Below are positions 11,136 through 23,916 of a stretch of DNA of 34,313 bases, one piece after another. The DNA is from Eledone cirrhosa (lineage: Eukaryota). Every line of letters begins with the position of its first letter. Position 1 is the first letter of the stretch. A program made the position numbers and the translations under genes. The notes below the pieces were generated by a model. That model searched no databases. It had not been told where the DNA came from and was given only the letters and a program-made list of their open reading frames with translations. The stretch lies in NCBI GenBank assembly GCA_964016885.1, contig CAXHJY010000839.1, positions 1 through 34,313 on the forward strand, given 5' to 3'.

Positions 11136-11287
11136 AGTGCGTGTATGTATGTGTGTGTGTGTCTATGACCAGTGTATATAGATCACAGACACCCAAATAT
11201 ACATATACACACACATATCTACATCATAATATAATAAATATATTTTTTTATCCCGTTTGTAAAATAAGTTGGATTACTTTCAAAAAA

Positions 11288-11478
11288 TAATTGTTTCTAC
11301 TTTTGGCACAAGGCCAGCAATTATCCCAGTGCATTACTGGTACTTTATTTTATCGACCCCGTAAGGATGAAAGGCAAAGTTAACCTCGGCGGGATTTGAA
11401 CTCAGAATGGCAAGGGACGTAACTCTATGCGTCAAAGCATGGCGTCCGACCCTCTACCGATACTGCCAATCCACCACC
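11288..11478 (-). mobile_element. tRNA-derived SINE (family A)
   Basis: Minus strand has A-box-like TGGCAGTATCGG and B-box GAGTTCAAATCC; similar copies at 31079-31266 and ~32195-32408. Confidence 0.85.
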
Positions 11479-11599
11479 CTCAATGAATGAATATTACATA
11501 ATCTATGTACTAAATTTCGTAACACTATATTAAATATAAATAATTTTATTGCTTATTTCAAGATTCACTTCTTTTAAAATTTTCAAATGTCAATACTTC

Positions 11600-12385
11600 A
11601 ATACTACTACTACCACTATCACCATCATCCACCACTGCCAATATTAAAGCCACTACCACCATCATCACCACTAACACTACTGCCACTACCACCATCATCA
11701 CCACTAACACTACAGCCACAACCACCATCAGCATCATTACCACCACCATCACAACCACCACTACCATCACCATTACTACCACAACCACCACTACCATCAC
11801 CATTACTACCACAACCACCACTACCATCACCATTACTACCACAACCACCACTACCATCACCATTACTACCACAACCACCACTACCACCACCATCACTACC
11901 ACAACCACCACTACCACCACCATCACTACCACAACCACCACTACCACCACCATCACTACCACAACCACAACCACCATCACCATTACTACCACAACCACCA
12001 CTACCACCACCATCACTACCACAACCACCACTACCATCACCATTACTACCACAACCACCACTACCATCACCATTACTACCACAACCACCACTACCATCAC
12101 CATTACTACCACAACCACCACTACCACCACCATCACTACCACAACCACCACTACCATCACCACAACCACCACTACCACCACCATCACTACCACAACCACC
12201 ACTACCATCACCATTACTACCACCACTACCATCACCATTACTACCACAACCACCACTACCATCACCACCATCACCACCACTAACATCATCACCACCACAA
12301 CTACATCCTCATCATCATCATCATCACAACTACCACCCCCACCACCACCACCATCATCACCACCACAACCACCACCACCACCATG
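11600..12385. repeat. (ACC)n-derived ~27-bp minisatellite
   Basis: Unit ACCACTACCATCACCATTACTACCACA repeated with variants. Confidence 0.93.
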
Positions 12386-12982
12386 TACAAAAGACATTTA
12401 ATTAAATTCCAGTAGGTTGTCAGTTGTGGTTACATTAGATGTGGGCTGGCGAAGGGGGGGACAGAGGGGGGTGGGTGTCAGTGTGGTGTTAGTGGGAGGG
12501 GGAGGGTGGTGGATGGGGAAGTATGGTGTTAGAAGGGAGGAGTGATGGAGGAGTGGTATGGTGTTAGTGAGAGAGGTGGTGGAGGAGTTGGTGGAGGGAG
12601 TGGTATGGTGTTAGAAGGGAGGGAGAATAGAGAGGAGGGTGGTGCAGTGCGGTGTTAGCAGGGAGGGGGAATAGAGAGGAGTGTGGTGTTAGCAGGGAAG
12701 GGGAAATAGAAAGGAGGAGGGTGAGTATAGTGTTAGAAGGGAGGGAGTTGAAGGGGAGGGATGGGTTGTGATCATTATGGTGTAATGGGGGTGTGGGTTG
12801 ATATAGTGTCAGTAGGGAGGGTGCGGGGTAGTGGCGGAACTAATAGGGTGGGAGGTGGTGGAGAGGGACAACAACATTATTATCAACAACATCAACAGTT
12901 TGTGGTGGTGGAGATGTTGTTAATGGTGATGGTGGTGGTGGTGTGGTGATGAAGGTGGTGGTGGTGGTGGTAGCGATGTTGT

Positions 12983-13710
12983 GGATGGTTGACGGGATGG
13001 ATGGTTGACGGGATGGATGGTTAGATGGTTGTGATTAGAGGAATGGTTATATAAATGGATGGTACGATGGGTGGTTGTATGGTTAGATGAATGGTTAGCA
13101 GAATGGTTGTATTTTTGACTGGATGGATGGTTGGATGAATGGTTAGAGGGATGGTTGGATGGTTGGTTCGATGGCTGGTTCGATGGTTGGTTCGATGGCT
13201 GGTTCGATGAATGGTTCGATGAATGGTTCGATGAATAGTTAGAGGAATAGTTAGAGGAATGGTTAGATTGTAGTATAGATGGATGGTTGGATGGTTCAAT
13301 GGTTAGATGGATGGTTTGAAAAATGATTAGATGGTTAGATATATGGATGGTTTGAGGAATGGTTGGATGGTTAGATAGATGGATGGTTTGAGGAATGGTT
13401 GGATGGTTAGATGGTTAGATAGATGGATGGTTTGAGGAATGGTTGGATGGTTAGATAAATGGATGGTTAGATATATGGATGGTTTGAGGAATGGTTCGAT
13501 GATTAGATGGTTAGATATATGGATGGTTTAAGGAATGGTTGGATGGTTAGATATATGGATGGTTTGAGGAATGGTTCGATGATTAGATGGTTAGATATAT
13601 GGATGGTTTGAGGAATGGTTAGATGGTTAGATAGATGGATGGTTAAAGGAATGGTTTGATGGTTAGATAGATGGATGGTTTGAGGAATAGTTGGATGACT
13701 GTATGGATGG
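12983..13710. repeat. GGAT/GATGGTTA-based compound satellite
   Basis: Recurring GATGGTTAGATA.ATGGATGGTTTGAGGAATGG units. Confidence 0.9.
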
Positions 13711-14172
13711 AAGTATAGATGATGTAATGGTGTGAGTGGATGGTTTAATGGATGGGCGGATGTGTAAGAGGTTTCTTAAACAATTCACTTAACGCAGGAC
13801 ATAACATCAACACGGCTCTAACCCTATCGCCATTGTCATCACCCATCACTACAATTCACTCAACCAATCAGATGATAGATCGGTCGGTCGGTCAGTTAGT
13901 CGGTCGGTGAATCGTTGGGGTGACGGAAGTGGATGGAAGGTGACAATGTTTCTTCGGTCGTGGTCGGGCGCTGTCGGGCGTCATCGGGTATTATCGTTGG
14001 CTGTTGATCTGCTGCCGGCCACCAGTATTAGAACGTCATTAAGAGAAGTAAAAGAATAGGACCAATATCTCTCTCTCTATATATATATATAGTGAAAAAT
14101 TGAACGGGAACAAAACAGAGAGGCAGTACGAACAAAGGTTTATTAGTTTCACGCTCTTGAGAGTGGGGTGGT

Positions 14173-14211
<39 letters not shown>

Positions 14212-14212
14212 G

Positions 14213-14648
14213 TCTCTCTCTCTCTCAACTCTCTCTCCATCTCAACTCTCTCTCTCTCTCAACTCTCTCTCCATCTCAACTCTCTCTCTCTCTCTCTCAA
14301 CTCTCTCTCTCTCTCAACTCTCTCTCTCTCTCTCTCTCAACTCTCTCTCTCTCTCTCAACTCTCAACTCTCTCTCTCTCTCAACTCTCTCTCTCTCTCTC
14401 TCTCTCAACTCTCTCTCCATCTCAACTCTCTCTCTCTCTCTCTCTCAACTCTCTCTCTCTCTCTCAACTCTCTCTCTCTCTCTCTCTCTCTCAACGCTCT
14501 CTCTCTCTCTCAACTCTCTCTCTCAACTCTCAACTCTCCCTCTCTCTCTCAACTCTCCCTCTCTCTCTCAACTCTCCCTCTCTCTCTCTCTCAACTCTCC
14601 CTCTTTCTCTCTCAACTCCCCCCTCTCTCTCTCTCTCTCTCTCTCAAT
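14213..14648. repeat. (CT)n microsatellite punctuated by AA
   Basis: Direct reading. Confidence 0.95.
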
Positions 14649-14781
14649 ATATATATATAGATATATGTAATAGGAACGAGTAGGACCCCAACGACTGAGC
14701 TCAAGCCGTTTCGACGGCTAATTCTGGACTATATATATATATATATATATATACACGTCTCTCTCACTTTCTCTATCTCTC

Positions 14782-14812
<31 letters not shown>

Positions 14813-15037
14813 CTCTCTATATATATATACGTCTCTCACTCTCTCACACAACTCTCTCTCTCTCTCTCTGTTTTAATGGTCGACAAATTAGAGTTTCGCT
14901 TAATAAAATCAACGAAAGACCTCGCCAGGAGTCAAAACATATTTAATCACGCGTTTAAAACATCTTTTCACTGCTTCTTTTCTAAATACATTTGTGTTCT
15001 GCTAAATGGGTGGACATTGGTAGTCCTTAAATATAGA

Positions 15038-15423
15038 GTGGTGGTGGTGGTGGTGGTGGTGGTGGTAGTAGTGGTTGTGGCGGTGGTGGTACTGATGGTG
15101 GTGGTGATGGTAGAGGTTGTGCTGATGGTGGTGGTGATGGTAGAGGTTGTGATGGTGATGATGGTGGTGGTTGTGATACTGGTTGTGGTAGTGGTGATGG
15201 TAGTGGTAGTGGTGATGGTGGTGGTTGTGGTGGTGGTGATGGTAGTGGTAGTGGTCGTCGTTGTGGTGGTGGAGGTGATGGTGGTGGTGGTCGTCGTCGT
15301 CGTCGTTGAGGTAGTGGTGGTGGTTGTAGTTGTGGTGGTGGTGGTTGTAGTTGTAGTGGTGGTACTGATGGTGTGGTGGTGGTGGTGGTGGTGGTCATCG
15401 GCGTTGTAGTGGTATGGTGGTGA
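15038..15423. repeat. (GGT)n-type trinucleotide array
   Basis: Direct reading. Confidence 0.95.
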
Positions 15424-15446
15424 TACTTTTAATATATTCACTATCA

Positions 15447-16766
15447 ACACCACAATCACTACCGCCACCACCCCACCATGAAACCACCGCTACAGCACCA
15501 CTACTATCAACCCTACGATTGTACCACCACCACCACCACCATCACAGCCTCCACCACTATCACCAGCGCCACCACCTCAACTACCACCATCAGCACGACA
15601 ACTATCGCCACCACCGCCACAACTATCGCCACCACCGCCACAACTATCGCCACCACCACCACAACTATCGCCACCACCACCACAACTATCGCCACCACCA
15701 TCACAACTATCGCCACCACCATATCCACTACCACTAACACCACCACCACCTGCACAATCACTACATCCGCCACCTACACCACCACCACCACTACCACCAC
15801 CACTACCACCACCACCATCGACACCACCCTCACCACCACAACCTCCACCACTTGCACAATCACTACAACCGCCACCACCACTACCACCAACAGCACCATC
15901 ACCACTACCAACACCATCATCAACACCACTACCACCACCACCATCAACACCACCATCAACACCACCCTCACCACCACATCCTCCACCACTTGCACAATCA
16001 CTACAACCGCCACCAACACTACCAACACCACCACCACTACCACCACCCTCACCACCACCACCACCATCAACACAACCACCTCCACCACAATCACCACCAC
16101 TACAACCACCACTACCACCACAATCACCACCACCACTACCACCACAATCACTACCACCACTACAACTACCACCACTACAACTACCATCACCACAAAGACC
16201 ACCACCACAATCACCACCACAACCACCACAACCACAACCACCACCACCACCACCACCACTATCACTACCACAACCACCACCACCACTACCACTACAACCA
16301 CCACCACTACCACTACCACCACCACCACTACCACTACCACCACCACAATCACCACCACCACCACTACCACAACCACCACCACCACTATCACTACCACAAC
16401 CACCACCACCACCACTACCACTACCACCACAACCACCACCACCACCACCACCACTACCACCACCACCACCACCACCACCACCACCACTACCACCACCACC
16501 ACCACCACTACCACTACCACCACCACCACCACCACTACAACCACCACTACCACCACCACCACAACCACCACCACCACCACTACAACCACCACTACCACCA
16601 CCACCACCACCACCACAACCACCACCACCACCACTACCACCACAACCACCACCACCACCACCACTACCACCACCACCACAACCACCACCACCACCACTAC
16701 CACCACCACCACCACCACTACCACTACCACCACCACCACCACCACTACAACCACACCACCGCCACA
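15447..16766. repeat. (ACC)n-type trinucleotide array
   Basis: Direct reading; open in several frames on both strands. Confidence 0.95.
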
Positions 16767-17552
16767 CTAGTTTTTCTGCCGTAGGCACCATAACTATTAA
16801 ATTGAAGACGTCAGTTTTTATTTGTAAATGAAGTTAAAAGATTAAATTAGAGAGGGGGGTGGAAGGGTAAGAGGGGGAGGAGAACAGAAAGAGAGAGTGG
16901 GTGAGAGTTGTGGGGTGAGGTATTGTGAGACAAAATATTGAGTGGAGGCAGACAGTGAGAGGAAAGAGGGTAGTGGGATGAGGAGAGGGAAAGTTAAGTC
17001 GGTATGGAGGTAGGTAGGTAGGGAGGGAGGTTGATAGATAAGTAGATAGATAGATAGGTAGGTAGTGAGCGAGGGAGGCAGGGGGTAGATAGATAGAGAG
17101 ATAGGTAGTTAATTAGATAGATAGGTAGGTCGATAGATAGGTAGGTAAATAGGTAAGTAGGGAGGGAGGGGATAGAGAGATAGATAATTAATTATCTAGA
17201 TAGATAGATAGATATATTTCACAAGGGCGCACAAGGAAAGGGGACAATACAAAGACATGGCGGAGAATTTACATACAATCGTGTAAAAAATGTTCAGATA
17301 GATAGATATATAGATAGATAGATAGATAGATAGGGAAGGAGGGGGGTAGATGGATGGATGGAGGTAGGTAGATAGGTAGATAGATAGGGTTTCATTAAGA
17401 GGATTCCCGGGATAAAACTGTTGACATGAGTGGCAGATGGAAGAAACTAACACGGTATAAAGCGTGTGGTGAGGGTTGATTGTTGATGAGATAGGGCAGC
17501 AAGACAAGTAGCCCGCAGGTTCAGTAGTTCAAATTCTGTCAGTGATGCAATG

Positions 17553-17600
<48 letters not shown>

Positions 17601-17603
<3 letters not shown>

Positions 17604-17780
17604 AAAGATTTATTTAAAGTAATGGTTCTATTTTAAAAGGGTACGTCAAAGCTATTTGTAAAACTGTTATATATTGTATTTTGTCTGATGAAGGCATACC
17701 ATAATTTAATATGGTATCCCTGAAATATGTATAATGAAATAAATATGGTTTTATAAATATAGTTTCCATTTATTAATATC

Positions 17781-17781
<1 letters not shown>
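17601..17781 (+). mobile_element. Short element with a hammerhead-like motif (family 3), single arm, embedded in (TA)n
   Basis: TTGT-CTGATGA (17685-17691)-AGGCATACCA...TGGTATCCCT-GAAA (17722-17725)-TATGT-ATAA; pure (TA)n on both sides. Confidence 0.72.
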
Positions 17782-17831
<50 letters not shown>

Positions 17832-18329
17832 TAAAGTTAGTCCTTCATCAGTGATATTCCAACTTTCATTGGTATTTCATCGCTTTAAAGGCCATATACC
17901 TCTGGCTGGTGCGAGCAGCGGCTAAAGAAAGTCGTTGGGACACTTAAATAGGGGGAACGAGCGAGACAGTAAACAAACAAAGATGGTAATGCAACGAAAA
18001 GTGAGGAAGAAGGAGTCAAGTCCCTGAAATCGATGAACATAAGTTCTGTGAAATCGTAGACGAGAGATAATAAAGACCATCCGACCTGGTCGAAGTGTGA
18101 GTGAGGAAAGAATCTCGCACAGGTCAAACGGGAGGAAGTAGGAGAGGGAGTAGCAGAGAGTGAGTGAGTGAAAGTGTGAGGAAGAGGCTAACAGAGAGAG
18201 TGACTGGTAGAGGGGGTAAAAGGAAGTGAGAGATACAGAGAAAATGGGAAACAGTAAGAAAGAAACAGACGGGTCACAGCGGAGGAAAATATATATGAAA
18301 AATATATATATATACAGCGTGTAGTTCCC

Positions 18330-18650
18330 AAATCTGTTTTGATATATGCTGTTGAGTTGGTGTAAGTTTCTTTCAATAAGTTGATGTATTTTTTTGTTAA
18401 TTGAGGTCTTGTTTAAGAGTTGCCACAAGCTGGGTAATTGTCAAAAGCTTTTGTGAAATCAATGAAGGTGATGTGCACAGGCTGTTGAATTCTATTGATT
18501 TCTCAATGGTTTATTCAATAGCTAGGATCTACTCAATGGTGTCTCTTCCAGGTTGATAGGCGGCTTGTGTTTCAGGAAATGAGGCGTAAAGGTCTGACTT
18601 CACACGTGCTGCAATCACAACGAGGAGCGATTTTAGTGAGAAGTTATCAT
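18330..18650 (-). pseudogene. Decayed non-LTR (LINE, RTE/CR1-like) reverse transcriptase fragment
   Basis: My minus-strand translation gives PETQAAYQPGRDTIE*I...EKSIEFN, then after a frameshift PVHITFIDFTKAFD (FIDFTKAFD = 18466-18440), matching the LINE RT Q.GF..GR and D..KAFD motifs; stops and frameshifts present. Confidence 0.85.
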
Positions 18651-18679
18651 ACAAGGTGGATCCTCCAAACTTAACTCAC

Positions 18680-19290
18680 AAGAGAGTTTGGAAGAGGAAA
18701 ATAAACTGGTTTAATCCTCCGTTTAATCTAAATATCTCTGTGATCATAAACAAAAAATGTTTATCTCTAATTAAGCAGTACTTCCCAAACACATACAAAT
18801 CCCACAGGCAAGTTAATATATATGTTATTTATTCTTGCATAGACATCAACGCTTCAGGCATTGTACATTACAGCAGAAAAAAAACCATATATATGCAGGC
18901 GTTACAATAGACACATACTGAACGGGAAAATTCAATTTTCCTATGTAAGAAAATTCTACTTTCCCAATGTTGTTCTCTAAAATAAGGCTTATCTCCCTCC
19001 ATACTATATCAAGGAATGACACGAAACATGCAGCCAATTGGTTTAAAAGAATATTCAACCTGCATATACAATCTTTCTGGTCAAGGAACATGAAAGAGTA
19101 TCTCTCCCTGTCATCTAATAACTTGGAAACCAGGACAATGGACTGCTTGGGAAAACCTGGAATATTGTCAGCAGATATCTCCTCTCTACGTATCCTTCTC
19201 TTGAGAGATAAAATACCACGTGGGCAATCATGTAAAAACATATCACTCTATTGTATATAAGAGCATAGAGAAACTCTATTCAAATATATC
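18680..19290 (+). pseudogene. Decayed second PLE (linker + GIY-YIG region) related to the intact element
   Basis: KRKINWFNPPFNLNIS...CLSLIKQYFP...VIYSC aligns with RRNNTFFNPPFNLNVS...FFSLLDKNFP...KISYS; ANWFKRIFNLHIQSF...SLSS aligns with SNCFKIRYNSHIHSF...SLSS; frameshifted. Confidence 0.85.
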
Positions 19291-19464
19291 ACTTTTCAGC
19301 ATAGGCTCTCACACAGACGTGCGTGCAAATAGATGGATAAATAAATATATATATGTGTATATATATATATATATATATAAATATATATATATACGTGCAT
19401 ATACATACATGTATATGCACGTTTTTATGTCGGTATGTACACATATATGTATATGCGAGTGGTT

Positions 19465-19498
<34 letters not shown>

Positions 19499-19549
19499 AT
19501 ACACACATATCTGTGTGCGTGTATATGTAAATACACATATCTATATGTG

Positions 19550-19601
<52 letters not shown>

Positions 19602-19663
19602 ATACACATATCTATATCTGTGTGTGTATAAATACATATATCTATATGTGTGTATATATATAC

Positions 19664-19697
<34 letters not shown>

Positions 19698-19713
19698 AAT
19701 ACACATATCTATA

Positions 19714-19747
<34 letters not shown>

Positions 19748-19833
19748 AATACACGTATCTATATGTGTGTATATATTTATATATTTACTTGCCTGTATAT
19801 ATAAATATACATATATATATATATATATGTGTT

Positions 19834-19889
<56 letters not shown>

Positions 19890-20069
19890 GGAGTGTGTGG
19901 ATATTGTAGTGTTTGTAATTAATTCAACAATGATAATAAGAATCCTCTGATGAAACCAAATGATAGAATAAGCGGAATAGGTTGCTATGGTAACCATTAG
20001 TTTGAGTTAATTACACTGGGGGAAAAAAGCTTCTTTTATAGAACCCATAAAAATTCATTTCATCTGTCA

Positions 20070-20450
20070 TCTATCTATTTATATCTACCTGTCTATGTCT
20101 ATCTATCTATCGCTTTGTATCTATATCTATCTATCTACCTATCTAATCTATCTACCTATATATCTATCTATCTATCGCTTTATATCTATCTATCTATCTA
20201 TCGCTTTATATCTATCTATCTATATATATATCTATCTATCTATCGCTTTATAGCTATCTATCTATATATATATCTATCTATCACTTTATATCTATCTATC
20301 TATCACTTTATATCTATCTATCTATCTATCTATCTATCGCTTTATATCTATCTATCTATCTATCGCTTTCTATCTATCTATCACTTTATATCTATCTATC
20401 ACTTTATATCTATCTATCACTATCTATCTATCACTTTATACCTATCACTC

Positions 20451-20487
<37 letters not shown>

Positions 20488-20670
20488 ATATCTATCTATC
20501 ACTTTATATCTATGTATCTATCACTTTATATCTACCTATCTATCTATCTATACATACATATATCTATCTATCTATCTCTACCTGTCTATCTATATATCTA
20601 TATATCTATTTATATCTACCTATATATCAATCTATCTCTTTATATCTACCTGTCTATCTATCTACCTGTC
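20070..20670. repeat. (TATC)n-based microsatellite
   Basis: Direct reading. Confidence 0.93.
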
Positions 20671-20690
20671 TTTTATATATATATAAAAGA

Positions 20691-21033
20691 TGGAGGCACA
20701 TGGCTTAGTGGTTAGAGGATTGGCCTTGCAATAGAAAGGTTGTGAGTTCAATTCGCAGACCGGGTGATGTGTTGTTTCCTTGAGTAAGACACTTTATTTC
20801 ACATTGCTCCAGTTTACTCAGCTGTAGAAATGAGATGATAGGGACTGGGGTCCCTATCATTCCACTGTAAAGTGGTCGTGGAGGTGCCACGGCAAAAAAG
20901 CACCCAGCACTCACTGTAAATGAGGTTGGTGTTAGGAAGGGCATCCAGCTGTAGAAATCAAGCCAGAACCAGTTCCCGTCCCACCCTTGCAAGCAGGGAA
21001 AAGCGGACGTGAAGTGATGATGATGATGATGAT
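20691..21033 (+). mobile_element. tRNA-derived SINE (family B) with (GAT)n tail
   Basis: A-box TGGCTTAGTGG, B-box GAGTTCAATTC, central CCTTGAGTAAGACACTT, (GAT)n tail; the 5' part matches the minus-strand copy ending at ~32095. Confidence 0.82.
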
Positions 21034-21051
21034 ATATATATATATATATAT

Positions 21052-21141
21052 ATAGGAACGAGTAGGACCCCGACGGCTGAACTCAAGCCGTTTCGACGGC
21101 TAATTCTGGAGCTCAGCCGTCGGGGTCCTACTCGTTCCTAT
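21052..21141. repeat. GC-rich foldback (29-bp perfect arms) with inner UUCG hairpin
   Basis: 21052-21080 is the reverse complement of 21113-21141; inner AGCCGT-TTCG-ACGGCT at 21086-21101; half copy at 14667-14729. Confidence 0.9.
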
Positions 21142-21246
21142 TACCCACTCTACTACTCTAAGTATTGAGTACTTTGGTGCGTTATGGTCCATCTGGTTCC
21201 TTACCACATTTCCTTCGTTATATATACATATATATATATTCTGTCT

Positions 21247-21300
<54 letters not shown>

Positions 21301-21483
21301 CTACCTATATATCTATCTACCTGTCTTTTATATATATATAGATGGTTCCCCAGCATGGCCTCGGCCGGATGGCTGGAACGAGTAAAAGAGTATATATATA
21401 TTTGTATCTACCCTGTCTATCTATCTACCTATATATATGTATATTTATGTCTACCTGTCCATCTATCTATCTATTTGTCTATC

Positions 21484-21525
<42 letters not shown>

Positions 21526-21704
21526 ATATGTCTATCTGTTTGTCTCTCTCTGCCTATCTAACTGTCTCTCTCTCTCTATCGTCTCTCTCGCTATCTATAT
21601 ATATATATGTCTCTTTATCTATGTATCTATCTATCTGTCTGTCTGTCTATATATTCACATACACACACCCTCGCACACACACACACACCCTCGCACGCAC
21701 ATGC

Positions 21705-21748
<44 letters not shown>

Positions 21749-22029
21749 ATAGAGAGAGAGAGAAACGAAATGTTACTTCTTAAGACCAATATTTTCATTA
21801 TTCAAATCAGTACTCCATTCACACACATGTGTGTGTGTGTGTGCGTGTGCATGTATGCATATATGTGTATGTGTGCATCTATGAATGTGTTTGTGCATAT
21901 TTATGTCCATGTGTGTATGTGTGGTTGCATATATGTGTGTCCAGCCGCGACCACCTCTATATATTATTACTATTGTTAATATTATTATTGTTAATATTAT
22001 TACTGTCATTGTCGTTGTTGTTGTTGTTG

Positions 22030-22125
22030 TTGTTCTGAGTTTAAATCCCGCCGAGGTTAACGTTGCCTTGCCCCCTTACGGGGTCTATAAAATGACGTAC
22101 CAGTAATGTACTGGGGTCGATATTG
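22030..22125 (+). mobile_element. Partial SINE (family A)
   Basis: TTCTGAGTTTAAATCCCGCCGAGGTTAAC matches the reverse complement of 11380-11407. Confidence 0.7.
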
Positions 22126-22216
22126 TTGTCATTTTGTATGTGTGAGAAAAAGAAAGGAAGTGTGTGAGTGTATGTGTTTGTCTGTGAGAGAGAGTGTTTG
22201 AGTATGAAAGAAAGTA

Positions 22217-22247
<31 letters not shown>

Positions 22248-22550
22248 AAGAAAGGAAGTGTGTGTGTGTGTGTGTGTGAGTTCGTGGGGGGCGAGAGAGA
22301 GAGAGTGTAAGAGAGAAAGAGTGTGTCTGTGTGGATATGAAAAAGAAAGTGTGCTTGTGGATGTATTTGTGAGTTAGAAAGAGAGAGAGTGTGTGTGTGT
22401 GCGTGTGTGTTCGTGTTACTTTAAATATGGCAGACGACACTGCTAGGTGACTCACGGGAGGTAACTACGTACGCCAAGCATGTAGGATAAGAATTGATGT
22501 TCAGGGGGGGTAACTTCAGTTTACTAGCTCAGACAGATGAACAGATTTAA

Positions 22551-22618
<68 letters not shown>

Positions 22619-22786
22619 GTGAAGATCCGCATAAGGTGAAACAATTGTTCTCGGTATGGTGAACTAACTGTTGTGCTACTACTTATATATATAGTTATGT
22701 AATAAACAACATAAGATAATTATTTCATTAAAAGCTCTGTCACCTACATAGAGCACTCTCTTTTCCTTTACCTTTCCTACGGAAAT

Positions 22787-22820
<34 letters not shown>

Positions 22821-22821
<1 letters not shown>

Positions 22822-23095
22822 GATATTAAATAAATGGAAACTATATTTATAAAACCATATTTATTTCATTATACATATTTCAGGGATACCAAATTAAAAT
22901 ATGGTCTGCCTTCATCAGACAAAATACAATATATAAACAGTTTTATAGATAATTTTGACGTACCCTATTAAATGCAACCATTATCTATAAAACTGTTTAT
23001 ATATTGTATTTTGTCTGATGAAGGCATACCATATTTTAATTTGGTATCCCTGAAATATGTATAATGAAATAAATATGGTTTTATAAATATAGTTT
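22821..23095. mobile_element. Self-inverted short element with two hammerhead-like motifs (family 3)
   Basis: Arms 22838-22953 and 22980-23095 are near-perfect reverse complements; CTGATGA at 23015-23021 (+) and 22918-22912 (-); flanked by (TA)n and (CA)n. Confidence 0.75.
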
Positions 23096-23323
23096 ACACA
23101 CACACACATACACACATACACACATACACACATACATACATACATACATACATACATACATACATACATACATACACACGCACACATACACGCACACACA
23201 CATACATACATACATACACACATACACACACACACACACACATACATACACACATACACACATACACACACACATACATACACACACACATACACACACA
23301 CATACATACACACACACATACAT

Positions 23324-23362
<39 letters not shown>

Positions 23363-23626
23363 ATAATGGCTTCTACAGGACTAGAACTGTTTCATTCGAG
23401 AGAAATCATCAGTACCTTACTTACTGTGGTTACCACCGACTTAACCCTGGATATACCTATATATATATATATATAAATACTTGTCTAATACTAGAGTTGA
23501 TTCTTCCTCTATATCTCTTTCTCATTGCCTCTCTATCACTCTCTCTCTATATATATATTTTTTTTTTGGGGGGGGGGGAGTTCAAGCCCGGAGAGAAGAG
23601 GGGCTTGCCATGTGCTAAATAAATGC

Positions 23627-23916
23627 TCAAGAGATGCTGTATGTCACTACGGCACCCCTACTTTTCCATTGTGAGTTACGGGTCCATACGTATGTATATT
23701 TAGAACAGAGATGTTGTAGGTCCAGTGAATAAGTTGCATCCTGGTTTAATGTTATATTTTCATGGGGGAAAATGCGATTTATACGCCGGTATATTCTGTT
23801 TATCCAGCTTCGTCTTATAATCCTGGGCCCCAAAACTTCAAACAGAATCGTAGGGGCACTTTCGTGTCCAGGGATATATTTTGGACAATTAAAATTGAAT
23901 ACAAATCTCAATACAG
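23627..23916 (-). CDS. Candidate terminal coding exon of an unidentified host gene
   Basis: Non-repetitive ~96-codon open frame directly preceded on the minus strand by CTAAC (23971-23967), a pyrimidine tract and CAG (23919-23917). No recognisable domain. Confidence 0.3.

Noticed and set aside
11558-12405. Pro-rich and Val-rich ORFs
   Set aside because: Products of a 27-bp ACC-derived minisatellite.
13880-14030. CpG-rich unique island as a possible exon
   Set aside because: No convincing ORF, splice signals or motif; cannot be supported from sequence alone.
15478-16770. 430-aa Thr-rich 'mucin-like' ORF and overlapping Gly, Val and His ORFs
   Set aside because: (ACC)n array open in nearly all frames; no signal peptide or non-repetitive domain.
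19947-19990. CTGATGA hammerhead core candidates here and at ~17845-17851 (-)
   Set aside because: No stem II followed by GAAA at the right spacing.
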